Shown here one piece after another: positions 32,456 to 42,194 of a stretch of 64,000 nt of DNA. This stretch comes from an uncultured Verrucomicrobiae bacterium (GTDB lineage: Bacteria; Verrucomicrobiota; Verrucomicrobiia; Chthoniobacterales; JAFAMB01). Numbering within the stretch: position 1 is the stretch's first letter; every line of letters begins with the position of its first letter. Location: positions 104,180 through 168,179 of the forward strand of contig CAVZKG010000001.1 of assembly GCA_963775805.1 (NCBI GenBank), in the 5' to 3' direction. The notes beneath the pieces are model-generated. The model worked only from the letters and a program-made list of their open reading frames with translations, did no database searches and was not told the DNA's origin. The translations under genes and the position numbers were made by a program.

Positions 32456-33436
32456 ATGAAGAAGCTGTTCACAAAGAGCGAGTTCTATCTTTTCCTCCTG
32501 ATCCTGGCATTGGGCGCTATGTTCACGATTGCCAATCCGAAATTTCTGGCTTGGCAGAACATTCTGGACTTGCTGAAAAGCTACTCGTTTTTTGGGATCC
32601 TTTCCGTTGGTGCACTTGTGGTCTTGCTCTCCGGTGGAATCGACATTTCGTTCACTGCGGTTGCACAAGTCGCTGAGTACGTCACTGTGGTGGTCATCCT
32701 GCAGTATGGCGGAAATCTGTTTACGGCGTTTCTGATTTCCTGTGCGATTGGGATCGCGCTGGGAATCGTCAACGGTCTTCTAATTCATTTCCTGCGAATC
32801 CCTCCGATTATCACGACAATCGCAACATTGAACCTGTATTTTGGCGCGCTTTACGTGATCTCGACAGGGGACATCATTTATAGGGTCCCGCAATTTTATC
32901 AGGACCTTTCTGGAGCCACACTGATCGGAGGCATTCCGGTTGTCGCTGCGCTCTGGTTTGGGGCAGTGATTGTTACGGGTTTGATTCTGCGTTACACGCT
33001 GCTAGGGCGAAGTGTCTATGCGCTCGGAGGGAATCCGATAGCCGCTGAACGGGTGGGGTTCAAGGTCCTCTATACCCGGCTATTTGTTTATGCTTTTATG
33101 GGACTTCTGGCCGGGTTTGGAGCGATCGTGCACACGGCGCTGGTACAGTCTGCAATTCCGAACTCGATCGTCGGCCACGAGCTCGACGTACTTGCGGCCG
33201 TGGTACTTGGCGGGGCTAATATTGTCGGAGGTTCGGGTTCCTTGATCGGAACATGCATGGGCGTAGGTCTGCTGGCGATGCTCGGTAACGGCCTGACGCT
33301 TATGGGGATTTCTTCTTACTGGAATGACGTTGTCGTTGGTGTGGTTTTGCTGATTGGAGTCACTTTCAGTTCACTCCAGCGAATGCATCTTGCGAGCCGG
33401 CGTGCCAACGTGCTTGTGAACGAAGGAGGTGTGTGA
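32456..33436 (+). CDS. Sugar ABC transporter permease
   Basis: SGGIDIS, GRSVYALGGN, ELDVLAAVVLGG. Confidence 0.92.
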   Translation: MKKLFTKSEFYLFLLILALGAMFTIANPKFLAWQNILDLLKSYSFFGILSVGALVVLLSGGIDISFTAVAQVAEYVTVVVILQYGGNLFTAFLISCAIGIALGIVNGLLIHFLRIPPIITTIATLNLYFGALYVISTGDIIYRVPQFYQDLSGATLIGGIPVVAALWFGAVIVTGLILRYTLLGRSVYALGGNPIAAERVGFKVLYTRLFVYAFMGLLAGFGAIVHTALVQSAIPNSIVGHELDVLAAVVLGGANIVGGSGSLIGTCMGVGLLAMLGNGLTLMGISSYWNDVVVGVVLLIGVTFSSLQRMHLASRRANVLVNEGGV

Positions 33437-34407
33437 AAAAGTTTGCTCAAACACACCGCGACCTTGTTGGTCTCACGTTTGTCCTTCTCGCCGTTTTTCT
33501 AGTCATGTGGCTGCTGAATCCGGAGCGGTTCGTCACCTCTAACAATCTACGCTCGATGGCATTCCAATTGCCCGAAATTGGTCTCCTCACGCTCGGAATG
33601 ATGGTGACAATGCTGCATGGTGGGATCAATCTATCGATTGTTGGACTAGCAAATCTGACCGGGATTACGATTGCGTTGGTATTGCATGCGATGGTTCCCG
33701 AAGGGACGGGTGCGGATGCCAGTTGGTTATTGGGTCTCGTGGCGGTTGGTGCGGGTTTTATGGCTTCGCTGGTGGTGGGTCTTCTGCAAGGCATTTTAAT
33801 CGGTTACGCGGGAGTCTCCGCGATCCTGGCCACTCTTGGAACAATGACACTCGTGAATGGAGCGTGTGTGCTGATCACCCATGGGTCAACTCTGACAGGA
33901 TTTCCCAGCTCGATACTGGTGCTCGGAAATGGGTCCCTGGGTCCGTTGCCGCTTCCGCTAGTGTTGTTCCTGATTTGCGCTTTGCTCGTATCTCTGCTGC
34001 TGCGAAGGACCACTTTCGGGTTCAGCATTTACATGCTTGGTACGAACCAGGAAGCAACAAAATTTGCCGGAATCAATAATCGCCGCGTTCTATTAAAGGT
34101 CTATCTTTTGTCCTCTCTACTGGCCTCAATTGCCGGCATGGTCATGATGGGACGTTTTAATTCGGTGAAAGCGGACTATGGCGCTTCGTATCTGTTGATC
34201 ACGGTTTTAGCCGCTGTACTTGGTGGCACGAGCGCCAGCGGCGGCTTCGGCAAGGTGTTAGGTGTCGTGTTAGCCGTGATCATGTTGCAGATTATCGCAA
34301 GCGGCTTAAATCTGCTTGGCGTGGATCCTTTTTTTGCCATCGCGACCTGGGGCGGAATCCTTCTGATCGTGATGACTCTAAATCATTTTCTACGGGCCCG
34401 AGCGTGA
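33433..34407 (+). CDS. Sugar ABC transporter permease
   Basis: GGINLSI, YMLGTN, VLAAVLGGTS. GTGA overlap with the preceding permease. Confidence 0.92.
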   Translation: MKKFAQTHRDLVGLTFVLLAVFLVMWLLNPERFVTSNNLRSMAFQLPEIGLLTLGMMVTMLHGGINLSIVGLANLTGITIALVLHAMVPEGTGADASWLLGLVAVGAGFMASLVVGLLQGILIGYAGVSAILATLGTMTLVNGACVLITHGSTLTGFPSSILVLGNGSLGPLPLPLVLFLICALLVSLLLRRTTFGFSIYMLGTNQEATKFAGINNRRVLLKVYLLSSLLASIAGMVMMGRFNSVKADYGASYLLITVLAAVLGGTSASGGFGKVLGVVLAVIMLQIIASGLNLLGVDPFFAIATWGGILLIVMTLNHFLRARA

Positions 34408-34679
34408 CTCGTAGAGATCACGTAGTGACGCGTTCCTTTTGTCCAGACTCCGCTGAACGCACGCCGGCTTCGAGGACTTCAACGCATTTTACCCCATCTG
34501 CAAAATTTGGGGAAATTGGCCGATTCTCAGCGATGACGTCCAAAAAATCGGCCGACGCGTGAACAAAGCCGTGTTCGTATCCGATTGTGTGCCCGGGCGG
34601 CCACCAATGCGAAATATATGGATGCGTAGGTTCCGTTGCCAGAATCGTGCGGAATCCTTGTGCCTGATTAGAATCTTCG

Positions 34680-35273
34680 CCATGTCTCGCCTGGAACCGG
34701 TTCTACATGGAAGACGCGATGATCTGGGGTTGCGAAGCTGACACGGTTTCGATGCTAACTAAATACATCCTGCATCGCACACTTGGTATGCCGATCATAA
34801 TGACCAATCTTTACCCGTTTTTGATGGGGAACGCGGCATTGAAACATGAACGAATCCCCAGCTTCCCTGAAAATCTCAAAGGGGATCCTCCGAATTACAT
34901 TCTGGCGGCGTATTGCGGCTATATGGGAGTGATTCCTCAGCCTTTTGCTACGGACTGGAAGCTCAAGAAGAAAGTGCTCTCGATAGTGAACGATGAGTCG
35001 AGCGCGATCGACGCCCGGTTACCCGAAGGGGCGATTACTCTCGCGAAACTGCATTCCAGTTTCGATCGCATGACTGTCGCGGAAGGAGAGCTGGAGGGAT
35101 ATGCCCAATATCCCGGCTCAGATTGCCTGAATGGCGGCGTAATACGAGTATCCAGCGGTCCCCAGCTGATGGGGAAGCTAGCATCGCACCACTATCTTCT
35201 GATGACCGGTGCGCAGCTAGCGAGTATCGAGACGATCACTCCTATTTTCGGAATTGAGACAGAATCTGTATGA
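34680..35273 (+). pseudogene. 5'-truncated L-fucose/L-arabinose isomerase-like C-terminal fragment
   Basis: PCLAW....WGCEAD, YCG, ITLAKL, SHHYLL resemble the fucose-isomerase C-terminal half. An in-frame TGA at 34665 leaves no N-terminal domains. Confidence 0.6.
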
Positions 35274-35800
35274 CGAATATCGTATTTCAGACAGGCGACC
35301 ATTTCATCCGGTCGCTGCCCAGGCTAAGCTTATCCAGAGTTGGCTTCCGAATGATTGGAAGATACCGCTGGGAGCAGGGAATAACCGATCACACCCTGTA
35401 TGCAGAATGGAAAGTGAAGATAAGGAGATCGCATCCGATCGTTCGCAACGTCCCAGATTACGAGCTGATTGACGAACTGTACTACAGCGTACAAATCGAA
35501 GCCGGCATGAGTGCAGAGATGCATGCGTACGCCGAGTTTGGACCGGCGCAAGGTCTGCTTAGCTTTGTTGGGGCTTGGAACAACTTCTTTTTGCCGCTGC
35601 TCGTGTTGAGCCGGGAGGATCTTTTGCCGCTGACAGTTGGAATGGCGGTCTGGAATCAGAGCAGTGTCATGACAGGCGGACAGCCTGTGTACACGTTTAT
35701 CGCGATGGGTTCGATATTGAGCATTGTCCCGTTGCTAGTCGCATTCATTCTGTTCGGCCGTTACTGGAGAAGTGGTCTGGCGGCAGGGAGCGTCAAGTAG
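35270..35800 (+). pseudogene. Chimeric remnant: ThuA-like fragment fused to a carbohydrate ABC permease C-terminus
   Basis: HPIVRNVPDYELIDELYY (ThuA-like) followed by FVGAWNNFFLPL...PLLVAFILFGRYWRSGLAAGSVK (MalG-type permease end). Confidence 0.6.
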
Positions 35801-35843
35801 AGGAAGAGCCGCTCGGCGCGCCGCGCCTGTTCTGCGTATCGGT

Positions 35844-38800
35844 TCAGGAACCGACGCCCGGTGCGACAGTTGTAGACTCCGAGCCGTGAACAGTAGGCTG
35901 ATCCGGGTGCCCTTTATCGTTCCGGTGCGATAGTTTCTCAACCAGGTAAAACATCGCTGGGATCAGAAAAATCGCGATGAACGTCGCTGCCAGCATTCCG
36001 CCGATCACGGTCGTGCCGAGGATTTGGCGAGAGGCCGCTCCGGATCCGGATGCTTCCCACAACGGCACGCACCCCAGAATGAATGCAAACGCAGTCATCA
36101 GGATAGGCCGCAGCCGAAGACGGGCGCCGGCTAAGGCCGCCTCGAGGATTGGAGTGCCCTTGTCGTACTCGGCTTTGGAGAACTCCACGATCAAGATCGC
36201 GTTCTTTGCCGCGAGTCCGATGAGCATCACCAAGCCGATTTGTGCGTAGACGTTATTCTCGAAGATGATCGAACTATGGCCGTATATATTGTCGCCAAAC
36301 AGCCTGGCAACAAGCGCGACAAAAGCTCCAAGAACGGCAATCGGTGTGCAAAGCAGGACGCTGAATGGTAGCGACCAGCTTTCATACTGGGCCGCGAGAA
36401 TCAGGAAGACGAAGAGCAAAGACAAGCCGAAGATCGCAGCGGGTGGAACCCCTTTTTGCGCCTGCTGTTCCTGGAAAGACATATCTTTGTAGTCGAAGCC
36501 CATTTCTTTCGGCATCGTCTTCGCGAACACCTCTTCGAGAGCCGCCATCACCTGGTAAGAGCTATAGGTCTCTTTCCCGTTTACATTGATCTGGGCGCAT
36601 CGGTGCAGATTGTAACGCATCGTAAACTCAGGGCCAAAACGGCGTTGGACGCGTGTCAACGCGGAAAGCGGAACCGCATCTCCGGCATTGTTGCGGACGT
36701 AGAACTGGCCGACATCTTGCGGTTTTGTGCGAAATGGGCCATCCGCCTGCAAATAGACCTGCCAAGTCCTACCGAATCGATTGAAGTAATTGATAAAGGA
36801 ACCGCCCATGAAAACCTGGACAGCCTTGTAGACATCGGAAAGCGCGACGCCTTGTTTCAGAACCTTGTCTTGATCCACATCGAGATAGAATTGAGGAACA
36901 CTGGGCAAAAGGGTCGTGGTGATGCGTGCTATTTCCGGTCGCTGGCTAGCAGCTTCCATGAATTTCTTGGTTTGTTGGGCCAGGAAATTGACGTCCATTC
37001 CGGCACGATCTTCGAGAAGGAATGTCACACCGCCCGATGCTCCGATTCCGGGGACGGCCGGCGGTGGAAAAACGAACGCTGTTCCTTCTGGGATCTTCGC
37101 CAGCGCTCCATTGGCATTCGCCATCATTGCGCGCAATTGCTCTTGCACATCGCCGCGCTTCTTCCACGGCTTGAGAGTGACAAAGAAAAATCCGTTGTAA
37201 GTGGTGTTAACGCCGCTCAACAGGCTGAATCCCGAAATGGAGGTCACATCCTGCACGCCTGGAGTGTTTCGCAGAATATCGACTACCTGTTTTGTCGCGG
37301 CATCGGTTCTCTGCAGCGACGCTGCGTCAGGAAGGGTCAGGTTGGCGTAAAGATATCCCTGATCCTCAAGCGGAACGAATCCAGACGGAATTTTTCCGCC
37401 GAGAAAACCGGACGCAACCACGACCAGGATCAGGAACAAGATGCAGAAAATGCTGTGTCGCATCAAATGACCGCAGATGCCGACATAACCGTTAGTCGCT
37501 GATCCAAAGACCTTGTTAAATCCCCTGAAGAAATAGCCCAATGGTCCCCGGGACTCTTTCTTGGGCCGCAGGAGAAGTGCCGCGAGAGCCGGGCTCAATG
37601 TCAGGGCATTGAACGCCGAGAATATGACAGAAACAGCGATCGTCACCGCGAACTGTTGGTATAGACGTCCGGTGATCCCTGGAATGAAGGCTGTCGGGAT
37701 AAAGACTGCAGAAAGAATGAGCGCGATGGCGACCACTGGACCGGAGACTTCCTGCATCGCCTTTAGCGCGGCCTCTTTGGGGGAAAGACCATGCTCGATG
37801 TGATGTTCGACCGCTTCTACCACCACAATTGCGTCATCGACTACGAGACCGATGGCCAGAACAAGTCCAAGCAACGAAAGCGTGTTGACCGAAAATCCAA
37901 GAAGTGGAAACACCGCGAACGTACTGACCAATGAAACCGGAACTGCGCACAATGGGATGAGGGTCGCGCGCCAACCTTGGAGGAAAACGAAAACGACCAG
38001 AATCACCAGAAGCATCGCTTCTGCCAGCGTCTTATAAATTTCCTCCATCCCTGCAGTCACTGCGAGCGTTGTGTCCAGGGCGATGGAATAGGTGATTCCG
38101 GTCGGGAACCGCTCTTTGAGTTGCGTCATCAATTGCCGGACCCCTTTGGCGGCATCCACGGCGTTGGTGCCTGGTAATTGATAAATGGCGAGAACCGCGG
38201 CGGGCTTGCCATTGAATGTGCTGGAAGTCGAATAGTTCTGCGATCCCAGTTCGACTCGGCCAACGTCTTTGATCCGGACGAACGCTCCATTCGGTTCAGC
38301 ACGGATCACGATGTTGCCGAATTGCTCTTCGGTTACTAAGCGGCCCTGCGCCAGGACGGTGTTCGTAAAGGGTTGACCGGGCGGTATTGGTTCGCCTCCG
38401 ACCTGGCCGGCCGGATTTACGGTGTTCTGCGCGGAAATCGCTCTTTCGATTTCCGGTGTTGTGATATTCAGAGCAGCAAGCTTGTTCGGATCTACCCAGA
38501 TCCGAAGTGCATATTGGCCCGCTCCAAAAACGGAAACGCTCGCTATACCGGGCACACGGACAATCGGATCGTTCAAATTGATATAAGCGTAGTTCGCCAG
38601 GAATTTGGAATCGAACTGTCCGGAAGGGGATGAGAGCGAAATAACCATCAACGGTGCAGAAGTCGATTTTGCCACCGTGATTCCGTAGTCACGGACACTG
38701 GAGGGAAGTTGAGATTCGGCCTGCGACTCCCGCATTTGGGTCAATACCTGATCGATGTTTGGATCGGTGTTGATATCGTAGTTAACCGTTAATTTCATTG

Positions 38801-39059
38801 TCCCGTTGCTCGCGTTGAGCGAGTACATGTAATTCATGCGATCCACGCCGCTCATCTGCTGTTCGATTGGCGTTGCAACGGATTGTTCGACTGTTAACGC
38901 GTCTGCACCAACGTAGGTCGTGTTCACCGAAATCTCGGGAGGAACGATATTGGGATACTGGGCGACGGGGAGACCGAGGAACGACACGATTCCAACGATG
39001 ACCATCACGATCGAGATCACCATCGCAACAATCGGACGATTAATGAAGAATCGCGACAT
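35844..39059 (-). CDS. RND efflux transporter permease (HAE1/AcrB family)
   Basis: FFINRPI, AIGLVVDDAIVVVE, AKNAILIVEF, RLRPILMT; 1071 aa. Confidence 0.96.
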   Translation of the reverse strand: MSRFFINRPIVAMVISIVMVIVGIVSFLGLPVAQYPNIVPPEISVNTTYVGADALTVEQSVATPIEQQMSGVDRMNYMYSLNASNGTMKLTVNYDINTDPNIDQVLTQMRESQAESQLPSSVRDYGITVAKSTSAPLMVISLSSPSGQFDSKFLANYAYINLNDPIVRVPGIASVSVFGAGQYALRIWVDPNKLAALNITTPEIERAISAQNTVNPAGQVGGEPIPPGQPFTNTVLAQGRLVTEEQFGNIVIRAEPNGAFVRIKDVGRVELGSQNYSTSSTFNGKPAAVLAIYQLPGTNAVDAAKGVRQLMTQLKERFPTGITYSIALDTTLAVTAGMEEIYKTLAEAMLLVILVVFVFLQGWRATLIPLCAVPVSLVSTFAVFPLLGFSVNTLSLLGLVLAIGLVVDDAIVVVEAVEHHIEHGLSPKEAALKAMQEVSGPVVAIALILSAVFIPTAFIPGITGRLYQQFAVTIAVSVIFSAFNALTLSPALAALLLRPKKESRGPLGYFFRGFNKVFGSATNGYVGICGHLMRHSIFCILFLILVVVASGFLGGKIPSGFVPLEDQGYLYANLTLPDAASLQRTDAATKQVVDILRNTPGVQDVTSISGFSLLSGVNTTYNGFFFVTLKPWKKRGDVQEQLRAMMANANGALAKIPEGTAFVFPPPAVPGIGASGGVTFLLEDRAGMDVNFLAQQTKKFMEAASQRPEIARITTTLLPSVPQFYLDVDQDKVLKQGVALSDVYKAVQVFMGGSFINYFNRFGRTWQVYLQADGPFRTKPQDVGQFYVRNNAGDAVPLSALTRVQRRFGPEFTMRYNLHRCAQINVNGKETYSSYQVMAALEEVFAKTMPKEMGFDYKDMSFQEQQAQKGVPPAAIFGLSLLFVFLILAAQYESWSLPFSVLLCTPIAVLGAFVALVARLFGDNIYGHSSIIFENNVYAQIGLVMLIGLAAKNAILIVEFSKAEYDKGTPILEAALAGARLRLRPILMTAFAFILGCVPLWEASGSGAASRQILGTTVIGGMLAATFIAIFLIPAMFYLVEKLSHRNDKGHPDQPTVHGSESTTVAPGVGS

Positions 39060-39083
39060 TAGGATTTTTGGGTGCGACCGGTG

Positions 39084-40274
39084 CTAGGACTGGTCGGGAG
39101 ATTGTTTCTGCGAAGACGCGTCCTGAGTTTCGTCTTTCTTCGGCGATTCGTTGTAAGGCTTCGTGACTACAGGTTCGCCTTGGCGTACTTTCTGAAATCC
39201 TTCCACGATGACTTTCTCGCCGGCCTTCAGGCCTTCTTTAATCACGATCAAGTCTCCATAGACCTCCCCAATTGTAACTCCCCTGATTTCTGCCTTGCCG
39301 TCCGGATTCACAATTGCTACCTGATCGCCGCCTTGCAGTTCGGAGAGTGCCCGGTACGGAATTAAGAGTGAGTTCGGAATCGTGCCGACTTCAGCGCGTG
39401 CGGTGACATATTGTCCTGGGCGCAAGGTCAGTTCAGGATTTGGAAATGAAACCACAATCTGAATTGTCCCAGTTTTCGGATCCACACTGCGATCGACGAA
39501 AGCGAACTTGCCCTTATGGGCATAGACGCTCCCGTTTGGCAGAATCAGCTCCACTTTTTCCGGGCGTTTATCCTCAGGAATCGCCATCAAGTCTTTCAGG
39601 ATGTCGGCATATGCCCAATAGCTTTGTTCGCTGATCGGGAAGTTGCACCAAATCGGATTGATCTGAGAGACTGTCGTCAATACCGTGTTGGATCCGCTGC
39701 CAACCAGATCTCCGATCTGAGCTTCCTGCTGGCCCGCTATGCCGTCCAAAGGTGAAAGGATCTTTGTATATTCCAGATTCAGCTTGGCATCGTCCACCGC
39801 GGCCTGGGCAGCGGAGGCAGCAGCCAATTTGTTTTGGTAATCCTGTGTTTTGTTAGTGTATTCCTGTTCGGAAATAACCTTGGAATCGAACAATTCTTTG
39901 GCACGTTTGGCGTCGAGTTCGACTCCGAGCAGCGTCGCGTTGGCTGCCGTCAACTGGCTCTGCGCCTGATCCAGCGCCGCTATAAAGGGCCTTGGATCAA
40001 TCTCGAAAAGCAGATCCCCTTTCTTTACATAGCCACCTTGCTGGTAAGCGATTGTTTGAAGATATCCGGTCTCGCGCGCTCTAATCTGGGCATTCTGGAT
40101 CCCGTTCAGCGTGCCAACCCACTTGCCAATCAGAGGGACATCCTTTACGACCACGTCTGTCACCAGAACCTCAGGGGGGGCAGACGATTGAGCTTGTTGA
40201 GACGGTTTTCCACATGAAGTGAAAATAATCAGGCCGCAAAAAACGGACGCATAAACAAGGGAGACTCTTTTCAT
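39084..40274 (-). CDS. RND efflux periplasmic adaptor (lipoprotein)
   Basis: Lipobox FTSC, VKKGDLLFEIDPRPF, ILSPLDG, GLKAGEKVIVEG. Confidence 0.94.
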   Translation of the reverse strand: MKRVSLVYASVFCGLIIFTSCGKPSQQAQSSAPPEVLVTDVVVKDVPLIGKWVGTLNGIQNAQIRARETGYLQTIAYQQGGYVKKGDLLFEIDPRPFIAALDQAQSQLTAANATLLGVELDAKRAKELFDSKVISEQEYTNKTQDYQNKLAAASAAQAAVDDAKLNLEYTKILSPLDGIAGQQEAQIGDLVGSGSNTVLTTVSQINPIWCNFPISEQSYWAYADILKDLMAIPEDKRPEKVELILPNGSVYAHKGKFAFVDRSVDPKTGTIQIVVSFPNPELTLRPGQYVTARAEVGTIPNSLLIPYRALSELQGGDQVAIVNPDGKAEIRGVTIGEVYGDLIVIKEGLKAGEKVIVEGFQKVRQGEPVVTKPYNESPKKDETQDASSQKQSPDQS

Positions 40275-40514
40275 GGGTTCCTGCCGGCCGGTAATATCAT
40301 CGATACGCGGATAGTGGCCGCAAATCTGCGAGTCGCCGGATCCGCGGTGAGCGATTAGTAACTAATTATGGTTTTCGAGGCAATCTAAACCTGCATTTTC
40401 AGGCTAGTTTCCGGGATCCGCCGAGTAGAAATCAGCACGGAAACCGGATTTATGATGAGGGGACCTTTAAACGGTTTAAATCGAAGTTGGATTTTGGTAA
40501 TCGGGCGGGTTGGG

Positions 40515-40530
40515 TGGCATGCGCATTGCT
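40515..40530 (+). promoter_or_regulatory. sigma54 (-24/-12) promoter of dctA
   Basis: TGGCATGCGCATTGCT has exact GG-N10-GC spacing, 62 nt before the dctA start. dctA is classically RpoN-dependent. Confidence 0.7.
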
Positions 40531-40592
40531 AAATCCGACAATGTGATTGCATTCTGCCCAGCCAAGATTCTGCTAATAGAAGAAAGAGCATC

Positions 40593-41882
40593 GTGAAGTT
40601 CTTTCATTCGCTCTTTGGCCGTGTCGTGGCCGCTTTATTGCTCGGAATCGTTATTGGTATTTTCGCTCCCGACTTTGCAAAGGCTCTCGGGCCTCTCGGC
40701 GACGGATTCATTAAACTCATTCAGATGATTGTGGCTCCATTGGTGTTTTGCGTCGTCGTCACCGGGATCTGTGGCTCAGGAGATTTAAAGCGAGTTGGGT
40801 GGGTCGGGTTGAAGACGATCGCGTATTTCGAAGTGATTACCACTTTCGCACTCATTATTGGCGCAATCCTGGCTAATATCCTGCACCCTGGTTCGGGAAT
40901 GAACATTGATGTTCGGACGCTGGACGCTTCGGCCATGGCGGCTTATACCGAGAAAGCGAAATCACTGCACAGCGTCAGTGACTTCCTTCTAAACCTTATA
41001 CCGACGACTGTTTTCGACGCTTTTACCAAAGGGGATATCCTGCAGGTGCTTCTGTTTGCGGTGTTGTTCGGGATTGCGCTTTCACTGGCTGGTGAAGAAG
41101 GGCGTCCGGTTTACCATGGCCTCGAAGCGATTGCGCATGTTTTGTTCAAGGTAATCGGTCTTATCGTTAAACTGGCGCCGTTCGGAGTGCTTGGGGCAGT
41201 CGCGTTCACGACGGGAAAATATGGCATCGGTTCTCTTCGTACACTGGGCTTGCTGATATTGGTTTTCTACGCCAGTTGCGCAATTTTTATTATACTGGTG
41301 CTCGGCACGATCATGCGGATTGCCGGATTCAATATCTTTAAGTTTCTAGGCTATTTACGCGAAGAGTTTCTGATCGTGCTTGGGACCGCTTCTTCGGACG
41401 CAGTTCTTCCTGCAATCATGCGGAAGCTGGAATGGATGGGGATAAAGGACAGCACAGTCGGGCTCGTTATTCCGACTGGGTACTCATTCAACCTGGATGG
41501 CTTTTCAATCTATCTGACGTTGGCGGTTGTGTTTATCGCCCAGGCGACCAATACTCCGTTGTCGCTTCGCGATTTGGGTTTGGTTCTTGTGGTTTCGTTA
41601 ATCACGTCGAAAGGGGCTCACGGAATTCCTGGATCGGCAATTGTTATTCTGGCAGCGACGCTAAAAGCGATTCCGGCAATACCGGTTGTGGGGCTCGTGT
41701 TGATTCTTCCGATTGACTGGTTTGTCGGAATCGGACGGGCATTGACGAATCTTATCGGAAATTGTGTTGCGACAGTTGCGATTGCAACTTGGGAAGGTGA
41801 CATCGATTCAGTCAGGGCGCACGCGGTGCTGAACGGCAGAACGGGTACGGAACCCTATTCATTCTCAGGGGAATCGAAGTAA
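40593..41882 (+). CDS. dctA: C4-dicarboxylate:proton symporter
   Basis: FIKLIQM, GTASSDAVLP, PTGYSFNLDG, RALTNLIGN. Confidence 0.93.
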   Translation: MKFFHSLFGRVVAALLLGIVIGIFAPDFAKALGPLGDGFIKLIQMIVAPLVFCVVVTGICGSGDLKRVGWVGLKTIAYFEVITTFALIIGAILANILHPGSGMNIDVRTLDASAMAAYTEKAKSLHSVSDFLLNLIPTTVFDAFTKGDILQVLLFAVLFGIALSLAGEEGRPVYHGLEAIAHVLFKVIGLIVKLAPFGVLGAVAFTTGKYGIGSLRTLGLLILVFYASCAIFIILVLGTIMRIAGFNIFKFLGYLREEFLIVLGTASSDAVLPAIMRKLEWMGIKDSTVGLVIPTGYSFNLDGFSIYLTLAVVFIAQATNTPLSLRDLGLVLVVSLITSKGAHGIPGSAIVILAATLKAIPAIPVVGLVLILPIDWFVGIGRALTNLIGNCVATVAIATWEGDIDSVRAHAVLNGRTGTEPYSFSGESK

Positions 41883-41886
41883 GAGT

Positions 41887-41919
41887 GTTTGGAGTTCGAG
41901 GTTAAGAGTTCCGAGTTCA
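41887..41919. repeat. Short heptamer run (GTTTGGA GTTCGAG GTTAAGA GTTCCGA) after dctA
   Basis: Same family as the 24024 and 55265 arrays. Confidence 0.6.
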
Positions 41920-42047
41920 CGGCGCGACGCGGCCGCAACCATGAGGATCGGAGAAGCATGCGAGGTTAGGATTGAAGGGCGTTTGGTGCTTGAGATTTGC
42001 GAAACTGCTTGACGCGTACGGTGTCGTGGGGCAATGGACATGCGACA

Positions 42048-42119
42048 ATGTCACTATTCACTGCACCGACCGTTATGATCATTTCGATCATTATTGGCAC
42101 CCGCTTGGGGCAGGAATAG
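42048..42119 (+). CDS. ilvA attenuator leader peptide MSLFTAPTVMIISIIIGTRLGQE
   Basis: 23-codon ORF with five Ile codons in six positions (42078-42095), immediately upstream of a terminator and ilvA. Confidence 0.8.
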   Translation: MSLFTAPTVMIISIIIGTRLGQE

Positions 42120-42146
42120 ACGAGCGCTACCGAACTCTAAATTCCG

Positions 42147-42180
42147 AAGCCCTGAGTGAACAGCTCAGGGTTTTTTATTT
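42147..42180 (+). terminator. Attenuator (intrinsic terminator) upstream of ilvA
   Basis: AAGCCCTGAG-tgaacag-CTCAGGGTTT stem-loop followed by a U-tract, ending 14 nt before the ilvA ATG. Confidence 0.85.
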
Positions 42181-42194
42181 TCTGATAGGACCCA

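Noticed and set aside
36456-37502. 348-aa plus-strand ORF
   Set aside because: Antisense shadow of the RND permease.
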